From positions 1 through 23,082 of the IMG/VR virus record IMGVR_UViG_3300032038_006582: 23,082 nucleotides of DNA; one strand, written 5' to 3'. Made by a program: the position numbers and the translations under genes. This document shows positions 16,281 through 23,082 of this stretch, piece by piece; positions within the stretch are counted from its first letter, which is position 1; each line of letters opens with the position of its first letter. The stretch comes from a virus. The notes beneath the pieces were generated by a model. That model searched no databases. It saw nothing but the letters and a program-made list of their open reading frames with translations, and had not been told where the DNA came from.

Positions 16281-19200
16281 TTACCATCTCTCCGTAAATT
16301 CAACTTTCCTTACAGTACAACCAGTGGCGTTGAAGTTGTATTCTCCGTGCAGATTAAACCAATCACTGTTGAAGTCTACATACTTGCTTAGGTCGGTTGG
16401 TTCTGTATCGTCCTCGTTGGTTCGGTGGTATACTTTCCGTTCTTCGCAATCTATCTCAACAATACCTGTTTGCCAGTTTCCATCGTAGCCGATTGTGAAT
16501 TTTTGACCGGTTACGGTTTCTTCTAGTGTGATTACATCCTCTTGTGCTTTTAGGCTTATGATTGGATTAACTGATGCTATTCCTTGTACAAAACCGGTAA
16601 TATTTGTGCTGGTGTTTTGTTTTGAATAGGCTGTACCTGCTGGTATTGTTAGTTTGGCTTTGATATTATAGGAGCCTGCACTTGTGCTTATGTCCATTGT
16701 ATCGGTCATAATATACTCGAAGTAGACATCAGGGTAATGAGTGAATTCGATCGTGTTTGGTATTGGTCGGTTGTACTCGTCTTTTTCATTTACTAATAGT
16801 TTGGTTAGTTGTCTGAGCATATCAGTTGATGTTTGTAGGTCGCATTCGCCGATGCTCATTTCGAGTTCTATGGTTTTTTCTCTGATGTTTTGTCGGTAGG
16901 CATCATTGGTGTCGGTTCCATCGATTGACAAGAAGCTTGTGTCGGTGTCTAATCCCTCAGGTATTTTGGCATCTTCTATGAAGGCACCATAGTAGGATAG
17001 GTCTTCGCCGTTGACTTTAACATTAATCAGTTGCTCTTGCAGTTCTTCAATGTAGAAGCCTATTCTGATGTCTCCGAAGTTTAGGTTGGCTTCTTCTTCG
17101 AGTAGGATATTGTTGGCGAAGATTTGCACCTCCCAATCCTCTAAACTGGTTAGGTCGGTGGTTTGGAAGCCCCAAAGGTCGCCTAAGCCTCCGAACTTGA
17201 ACTCGGTTTGGGAGTCGATAGTGTCTTGGTTGTTAATGATTATGGTTCTTTCACCGGTTTCACCAGATGGGCTTACTATTTTGGCGGATAAGACCATTTC
17301 ATCGGCTTGCTCGATGGTTCCAGTTACCTCTATTCCACGGATACTATGGGTTTCGTCGGTTCCGTAGTCCTCATCTAATGGGAAATCGTAGAGTATGATT
17401 GTTTCTGTGGTGTCGAGGTTTGGTATACTGGTTTCCGAGATATTCTCATCAAGCAAATTACTTATTGGTTCCGGATAATTGCCAGTAGGTTCTCTTCCCT
17501 TGTACACCTGTTTCTCGATAATTGCGGGATTATTATGGGTTATTGTACCCATATCATAACCAAGGGTGGTTGTTTCTGGGTAATCCCCTGTGAATATTAG
17601 GTATAATGGGTAGTTTTCGTTGTAGGTGAATTCGCATTCTAGGTTGTTGTACTCGTTCACAATGGTTGGTGCATTAGACCAGTATTCGGCATTCTCGAGT
17701 ATTTGACTTGGTGTTAGGTTCTCGTAATCGGTAGTATCGGTTATGGTCTCGGTTACTTCCCCAGTCTCAGGGTCAGTAGTCTTAGTTATGGTTATATTAT
17801 CACTTATAGCATTGTTGAATACTCCTAAACGATTATTCTTGTACCAATCCCTCTCATAAATATCACTTGTAGTATGTTTGACATCTGATTGCAGGACATA
17901 CGGGTAACCAGTACCCAAACGGTCAAACTCTTCCTCGGTCGGTTCAAGGAAAGTAAAGTTAGGAATGGTTAAATCATTTTCTTCTGGCACCACTTCAAAG
18001 AAATAACTGATGTCTGGGGTCAAATCCTTAAAGGTATCCCAATTATTGACATTCCTATCATCATCATAAATCAACTCATCCAATCCAAAGCAATAGAACA
18101 CATATTTGCCCACATCTGTGCCTCTGAAAACAGCCTCCTTATACATTTCAGGTGGCTTCCAGAGACCCCAATACCGACCGTGCTGATAGAATGTGATTGT
18201 CGCCCATTGGATAGAAGGGTCATCGAAAGTGGTTTTCCATTGCATTTTTGTGTTTTGTTCAAGTAACAAAGGTTCTCCTCTATCATTGCAAGGAAAACCG
18301 AATATAATAATATCCTTTTTGGTTAATACCTTTTCAAGACTGTTAGTTATCGCTTCGTTTACTAATGTCTTAACCCATTTGATTGGCACCGGCACATTAT
18401 CATCATCAGTAATATTAGGTGCGGAGTCTGGTGCTGTTTCCTCACTTGTTACTGGTCTTTCACGAATACTAACCGATTTAGTAGCATTCGCACCATTCAA
18501 ACTCTCACTCAATGTAAATGTTCCAGTGAAAACATCAGACCCACTAGGATAAGTCACACTCGGTGTAAACCTTAATGTAACATTACTAGTACCACTACCA
18601 CCAACATTCGGCTCCCAACGATAAGTCGTATTATTAACCTTGGTAACCCGTCCAGTTCCCTCATAAGACTCATAAGAGAACCCAATAGGAGTCGTAAGTG
18701 TCAATGATGGATTATACCTTGTAAGGTTCTTATTACTAATCCTTAAAGTAACATCAAAAGCCTCACCATTATAACCATCAACCGCATCAACCTTAACAGT
18801 ATAATCACTCAGCACATATTCGACACGGACACGAACATAACTAATCCTCAGGTAACCATTCCATTTATTGGTATTTGTCGGATAATTGATACGGCAACCG
18901 AAATTGCCACTATTTAGTTGTGCACGTGTAATCTTGCCCTTAACATTAAAGGTCTTGGTATTAGTTTTCATACTAGTGGTAGGTGCTACGCCCTTCGCAC
19001 TAAAACCACTCACACCCAACAATGATATAGTTGGAGCAGGAATATTCACAACCCTCTTCGGATACTTGCTACTATAATCACTGCCAGTATTCTTACGATG
19101 CCTATATTCCACGATAATCTTAGTCGGTTCCGCCCCGAGTGGCAGATTAAAACCGAACCCAGTACAACTAATCGTACTTGGTCGGTTCTTAGTCTCCGCC

Positions 19201-19337
19201 TTACCCTGAATAAGCACACTTGATACGGCATGACTATCCTCAGCAGCATTACGAATATTACTCAAATAATCAAAGGTTACATAATGACCACCAGTGGTCT
19301 GAGTCACGGTACCTGCATACTTTGTTACTGATGCCAT
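16281..19337 (-). CDS. Distal tail protein (Dit-like, C-terminal about 250 aa) with an N-terminal adhesin-like extension of about 770 aa
   Basis: Follows the tape measure gene. C-terminal VKVNGEDLSYYG...IDGTD...REKTIELE...IEF...PDVYF is a siphovirus Dit pattern. The N-terminus has beta-rich jelly-roll-like and DUF11-like segments. Confidence 0.7.
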   Translation of the reverse strand: MASVTKYAGTVTQTTGGHYVTFDYLSNIRNAAEDSHAVSSVLIQGKAETKNRPSTISCTGFGFNLPLGAEPTKIIVEYRHRKNTGSDYSSKYPKRVVNIPAPTISLLGVSGFSAKGVAPTTSMKTNTKTFNVKGKITRAQLNSGNFGCRINYPTNTNKWNGYLRISYVRVRVEYVLSDYTVKVDAVDGYNGEAFDVTLRISNKNLTRYNPSLTLTTPIGFSYESYEGTGRVTKVNNTTYRWEPNVGGSGTSNVTLRFTPSVTYPSGSDVFTGTFTLSESLNGANATKSVSIRERPVTSEETAPDSAPNITDDDNVPVPIKWVKTLVNEAITNSLEKVLTKKDIIIFGFPCNDRGEPLLLEQNTKMQWKTTFDDPSIQWATITFYQHGRYWGLWKPPEMYKEAVFRGTDVGKYVFYCFGLDELIYDDDRNVNNWDTFKDLTPDISYFFEVVPEENDLTIPNFTFLEPTEEEFDRLGTGYPYVLQSDVKHTTSDIYERDWYKNNRLGVFNNAISDNITITKTTDPETGEVTETITDTTDYENLTPSQILENAEYWSNAPTIVNEYNNLECEFTYNENYPLYLIFTGDYPETTTLGYDMGTITHNNPAIIEKQVYKGREPTGNYPEPISNLLDENISETSIPNLDTTETIILYDFPLDEDYGTDETHSIRGIEVTGTIEQADEMVLSAKIVSPSGETGERTIIINNQDTIDSQTEFKFGGLGDLWGFQTTDLTSLEDWEVQIFANNILLEEEANLNFGDIRIGFYIEELQEQLINVKVNGEDLSYYGAFIEDAKIPEGLDTDTSFLSIDGTDTNDAYRQNIREKTIELEMSIGECDLQTSTDMLRQLTKLLVNEKDEYNRPIPNTIEFTHYPDVYFEYIMTDTMDISTSAGSYNIKAKLTIPAGTAYSKQNTSTNITGFVQGIASVNPIISLKAQEDVITLEETVTGQKFTIGYDGNWQTGIVEIDCEERKVYHRTNEDDTEPTDLSKYVDFNSDWFNLHGEYNFNATGCTVRKVEFTERW

Positions 19338-19340
19338 ACT

Positions 19341-21365
19341 TTACACTCCTTTTGCACGATTATTCCGTGCCAAAATCCTATTCTTCGCCCTACTATCCAA
19401 ACTTTGGAAATCATTATTATTCACCAACACAGACAACACACTCTTATCAGTCAAACTCTCAACTAATGCATTCCTTAAAACAACCTCATCAATATTAGAT
19501 GGAACATTTTTTAGATCCAAACTCAAATTAACATCATTTGTGGTGTGGATTTCCATCTTCTCAATACCACTTACTTGTGATGGTGTTAGGTCTTCGCCAC
19601 CATAAGCACCGCCTAGTGGCAGGTCCTCACCACCAAAAGCACCACCAATAACCGGAATACTATTAGCCTTAGCCTTAATCTGATTAACCACACGGACAAT
19701 ACTATTATAAGCATTACGGAATGGTTGAGTCAGCTTATTTGTGATTCCACCTATATTGATGCCACCAGTCAAACCATTAGCCGCACCTTTAATCCTATTT
19801 ATTACGCTATGTATACTATTATAACCTGCGGTGAATGGTGCCAATAATATATGAGCAATACTGGATATAGCACCTCTTATCATACCAGGCAAAGCACGGA
19901 ACCAATTCCTTATGCCGTTAATGATTGCTTTCACACGATTGCCAGTAGCAATCATAGTGGAAATGAACAACTTAACCGCGGCGATAACCAATCGTATCGG
20001 AGCAGTTAACAATCTCCAAGAAGTACCAATATTATTAATCATAACCCTCACAATATCAAACTTACTGCTACTGCTCACACCAAAGAACTTAAGCACGGCA
20101 TTAACCACACTACTTACTACTGGCACGAGCCAATTCCAAGCCGCAGTCAAAGCAGATAAGAATGATTGTACATCAGGGTGGTTAATGAAAGCATTCCATA
20201 ATCTTTGAATACCAGCCCATACTGCATCAATCATACTAGATGCATCAGTCCACCATCCAAAGGCTTTACCAATCTCATAAATAAGCACAACAATAGCCGC
20301 ACCAATCGCAATGAATGGCAACCACGGAGCCAATAAAGCCCATGATGCAGTAATCGCAGGCAACAAACTCGCTTCAAACAAGGTCATCGCTCCTTGAACA
20401 GCCATTATTGCAGGAACCAGTAAAGCAAAACCGGCAACAACTGCACCAATCACACTTATAATTCCACCTAAAGGACCATTCATGACACTACTGACAGTAT
20501 CTCCAACAAAGTTCAATACTCGACCGGCAACTTCCAAAGCAGGCACCAATACTGGTAACAACACTTCACCTGCTAATCTTTCAAGCCGTCCTTTCGCGAT
20601 ATCTATCTGTGCCTGCAAACCGGCCCAACTCTTCTTATACTCCTCATTCGCGGTCTTACCCTCATTCATGCTTGCGGCCATACCAAGTGCGGCGGCTCTT
20701 TGGTTGGTGTCCATGGTCGCCCATTTGGCATTAACATCATCAATGGTGGCTCCTTGAATGCCAAGAGCATTACCCAACTCTTCAACAGTGATACCAGTAT
20801 TCGCTAATGTTCTCTCCATAACGGATGATCGCATCGCCAATCCGCTCATCTTGTCAGCCATTGTACCGATGTCAGTTCCAAGGAGTGTTGCTTGTGCACC
20901 GGCTCCTTGCATCATTGACTTGAAACTACCTATATCAGTGATACCTCTTGCAGTAGCTGTGATGAAGGATTCTCTGATTTCACCACCTGCTCTTCCAGTT
21001 TCAGATGATAACTGGCTCACTGCATCGGTCATTGCATTGACATCAATACCGGCTCCTTCTGCTTCCAACCTTGCACGCATCAAGGAGTCCTCGAAGTTAC
21101 CTGCCTTGTCGGCGACATCCCATAATCCTTCCGCTAACTGGTTGAATATCTCTGCACCTGCCAAGCCACTAATGATTGAGCTTATCTGTTCAAGTGGGTC
21201 TTCGGCGGTACTGGCGGATTCTTCCATCTCATCCAATCCTTGACTGCCTTGCTCTGCACCGCCTTGTACAGATTCGCCCATATTCTCGGCGGCACCTGTA
21301 ACACTCTCAAAGGTATCGGAAGCCTCATCCACTGCACGAAGTATGACTTCTAACTCTTCTTCCAT
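19341..21365 (-). CDS. Tail tape measure protein, 674 aa
   Basis: Ala/Gly-rich helical protein with the N-terminal VILRAVDEAS motif and a central hydrophobic segment, located after the chaperone genes. Confidence 0.9.
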   Translation of the reverse strand: MEEELEVILRAVDEASDTFESVTGAAENMGESVQGGAEQGSQGLDEMEESASTAEDPLEQISSIISGLAGAEIFNQLAEGLWDVADKAGNFEDSLMRARLEAEGAGIDVNAMTDAVSQLSSETGRAGGEIRESFITATARGITDIGSFKSMMQGAGAQATLLGTDIGTMADKMSGLAMRSSVMERTLANTGITVEELGNALGIQGATIDDVNAKWATMDTNQRAAALGMAASMNEGKTANEEYKKSWAGLQAQIDIAKGRLERLAGEVLLPVLVPALEVAGRVLNFVGDTVSSVMNGPLGGIISVIGAVVAGFALLVPAIMAVQGAMTLFEASLLPAITASWALLAPWLPFIAIGAAIVVLIYEIGKAFGWWTDASSMIDAVWAGIQRLWNAFINHPDVQSFLSALTAAWNWLVPVVSSVVNAVLKFFGVSSSSKFDIVRVMINNIGTSWRLLTAPIRLVIAAVKLFISTMIATGNRVKAIINGIRNWFRALPGMIRGAISSIAHILLAPFTAGYNSIHSVINRIKGAANGLTGGINIGGITNKLTQPFRNAYNSIVRVVNQIKAKANSIPVIGGAFGGEDLPLGGAYGGEDLTPSQVSGIEKMEIHTTNDVNLSLDLKNVPSNIDEVVLRNALVESLTDKSVLSVLVNNNDFQSLDSRAKNRILARNNRAKGV

Positions 21366-21368
21366 ATC

Positions 21369-21578
21369 TTACCTCTTTTGTTTTTTGAATTTCACTCCGT
21401 TCGCTTCGCAAAGGGCAGTAATTTTAGTATCCAAAGTCTCCTTGAAACGTATGTCTTCTGCTGCTCCTATGCTAAAAAAAGTTTGCTGGCATAAGGTCTG
21501 CTCCCAAAAACTGGGTGCGTGGATTATGCCAGCACGGTATTGTTCGTAGAGTATTCTGCCTTCATTACTCTTTGCGAA
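21369..21578 (-). CDS. Frameshift extension of the tail assembly chaperone (gpGT-like C-terminal part), reached by a +1 shift
   Basis: The frame FAKSNEGRILYEQYRAG...GVKFKKQKR* is open from 21587 to 21369, has no start codon near its beginning, and ends 3 nt before the tape measure ATG. Confidence 0.8.
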   Translation of the reverse strand, partial: FAKSNEGRILYEQYRAGIIHAPSFWEQTLCQQTFFSIGAAEDIRFKETLDTKITALCEANGVKFKKQKR

Positions 21579-21990
21579 AGTTTTTAATTATTGTTAAATC
21601 GTTATCGTTAATGTTGCTTATGCTGATTATGTGTCTGAATATTTGTTCTGGTACTCCTGCTGGTAGGTTTTGTATTGTGTCTGGTTTCACGGTTTCGCCA
21701 TTGACACTAAGGCCATAAGCAACTCCCTTGTATAATGCTTCTGTTTGGTAATGGGTGAATTCCCCTGCATTAATATCCACATCTGTATTGTTGGTTTCTA
21801 CTTTTGTCCTTTTGCCTTTGGCTCCCAATCCTACTTTCATCACGAAACCCTTTTTCTCAATGGTTTGCAATTCTGATAATTCGCCACTGGTTAATGGTCT
21901 TATCATTATTTCCTCATCATTGATTGTGATTGTTTCGGTTGCTTCTGTGCCGAGGGTTAGTTTCTGTAATATTTCAAGGTTACTCATCAT
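21565..21990 (-). CDS. Tail assembly chaperone (gpG-like), 141 aa
   Basis: Lies between the tail tube and tape measure genes; IMIRPLTSGEL is a typical chaperone motif. Confidence 0.8.
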   Translation of the reverse strand: MMSNLEILQKLTLGTEATETITINDEEIMIRPLTSGELSELQTIEKKGFVMKVGLGAKGKRTKVETNNTDVDINAGEFTHYQTEALYKGVAYGLSVNGETVKPDTIQNLPAGVPEQIFRHIISISNINDNDLTIIKNFRKE

Positions 21991-22002
21991 TAATCACCTA
22001 AT

Positions 22003-22017
22003 AAAAAAAAGAAAAAA
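22003..22017 (-). terminator. Oligo-T tract after the tail tube gene
   Basis: TTTTTTCTTTTTTTT on the coding strand between the tube stop and the chaperone RBS (GGTGA). Confidence 0.55.
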
Positions 22018-22030
22018 GCCTCCAAAAGTA

Positions 22031-23071
22031 TTAGTTGGAGGCGGTGAGTTCTTCCTGGTAATTCATAAGTTTTACATACATATCGGTTTCGACTTCGGTT
22101 CCACTTGCTAGTGCGACCTTGGCACTGCCAAGGCTTTCGAGTGTCATTGTCACTTCCACTGTATCTGTTCCGCTCATACTGTATTCGACATTCACGGTGC
22201 ATCTTGGGAATACGATCTTGCAGTTTATGTCGGTGTCTTCGCAGTGTGCGATATTAACTTCAAGTGGCAATTGTAATAACTTACAACTGCTTGGTTCTAA
22301 TACTCCGACTTCCCCGTACTGTGCATTGAGTATGCTTCTCACAGTATCGGATGTTAATGTGGTGGTAATGGATACTTCGTTTTCTCTTTTACCTGCTTGC
22401 GCTCTTTTCTGAGGATACCTGCTGCCTAATCCAATGGTACTGTCTACATCATGGTTGTTGTTTCCTTCAAATGAGAAGGCAGTAGATACTCCATCAAGTG
22501 GCAGGTTATTCAATTTAAGGCTCACATCGTAGAACATGATGAATATTTGTTCTGCGGTTAACTCATCAGGCCTTGTGAATGTTTCGCCATCTGTTCCGAT
22601 TATTCCTGCTTTTTCAGTCTTGTATATCCAATCAGCACCGACAGTCATTGATTCATCAGATACTTCAAGGCTCATTCCATCACATAATAAACCGTACAAG
22701 TATTTTTTGAGCATATCATAGACTGCTATTCCACGGAAACTTGGCAGTTCCTTGCCTTCGCCACCATAGAATTCATGAGTGTGAACATCACCATTACCGG
22801 CGGTGTAAACATAATTATCCAAGTAGCCACGGAAGTACCAAGTTAGTTGTTGTAAGTCTGCATCGGCACTAGTTGAGCCGGTTGGTTTCATTATCCCTGC
22901 TCTTGCCCTTTTATTCATACGGGAACCACCGGATTTGGTGATTGGTTCGTCATTAAGTTTGAACTCGACTTCTTCGGCTTGGTTCCAGAAGTTAGGGTCA
23001 AATGAGGATTTACTGACACTAGTGTCGCCGTATGTTTCTTCTAATTCTAATCCGAATCCTCTATCTACCAT
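22031..23071 (-). CDS. Major tail (tube) protein, 346 aa
   Basis: N-terminal GFGLELEETYG and an acidic beta-rich sequence, positioned upstream of the chaperone and tape measure genes. Confidence 0.8.
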   Translation of the reverse strand: MVDRGFGLELEETYGDTSVSKSSFDPNFWNQAEEVEFKLNDEPITKSGGSRMNKRARAGIMKPTGSTSADADLQQLTWYFRGYLDNYVYTAGNGDVHTHEFYGGEGKELPSFRGIAVYDMLKKYLYGLLCDGMSLEVSDESMTVGADWIYKTEKAGIIGTDGETFTRPDELTAEQIFIMFYDVSLKLNNLPLDGVSTAFSFEGNNNHDVDSTIGLGSRYPQKRAQAGKRENEVSITTTLTSDTVRSILNAQYGEVGVLEPSSCKLLQLPLEVNIAHCEDTDINCKIVFPRCTVNVEYSMSGTDTVEVTMTLESLGSAKVALASGTEVETDMYVKLMNYQEELTASN

Positions 23072-23082
23072 GTTATCATTAT

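Larger units (their letters stand above)
1..23082. mobile_element. Partial genome of a temperate tailed archaeal virus/provirus of a pseudomurein-containing methanogen
   Basis: Siphovirus-like tail module, endolysin with pseudomurein-binding repeats, holin, tyrosine integrase and replication/recombination genes in canonical temperate order. No host housekeeping genes or host junction in the window. Confidence 0.95.

Noticed and set aside
11911-19337. Diversity-generating retroelement or invertible shufflon acting on the tail/adhesin genes
   Set aside because: No reverse transcriptase, no template/variable repeat pair and no inverted alternative cassettes were seen in the window. One could lie elsewhere in the genome.
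19587-19646. Tandem GGA(F/Y)GGEDL repeat near the tape measure C-terminus
   Set aside because: A real 33-nt-period duplication, but short repeats are ordinary in tape measure proteins and no function is inferable.
21565-21590. Classical -1 frameshift at AAA AAC in the chaperone
   Set aside because: The heptamer is T AAA AAC (imperfect) and the -1 frame stops after under 20 codons. The long downstream ORF is in the +1 frame.
21343-21718. ORF-track plus-strand ORFs over the chaperone-tape measure gap
   Set aside because: They are antisense shadows of the chaperone and its +1 extension, with no RBS or protein-like character.

Overview
About 23 kb from the middle of a temperate tailed (Caudoviricetes, siphovirus-like) archaeal virus. 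Its host is almost certainly a pseudomurein-walled methanogen (Methanobacteriales, Methanobrevibacter-like), inferred from the pseudomurein-binding-repeat endolysin. Nearly every gene is on the minus strand. Reading from high to low coordinates: tail tube, tail assembly chaperone with a frameshift extension, tape measure, adhesin-extended distal tail protein, tail-tip protein with a C-terminal transglutaminase-like Cys protease, two small fibre/receptor-binding genes, endolysin, small ORF, holin, tyrosine integrase, a divergent switch holding the only plus-strand gene (a 59-aa AbrB/SpoVT-like regulator missed by the ORF track), small early genes, SSB, single-strand annealing protein, AAA+ helicase, an iteron-rich putative origin, ERCC4 nuclease, HNH protein, orphan beta-class DNA methyltransferase and micro-ORFs. 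The main observations are: (1) a start-less ORF after the tail chaperone reachable only by a +1 (not -1) frameshift, with a UUU_CGC site like the influenza PA-X motif; (2) a candidate virion-tip pseudomurein hydrolase next to an unassigned Cys4 domain; (3) an AbrB-type lysogeny switch bracketed by an imperfect direct repeat; (4) an ATTACA iteron array just downstream of the helicase; (5) block-wise flips of synonymous codon-ending bias inside same-strand genes. All family assignments come from motif recognition by eye; no database search was run.
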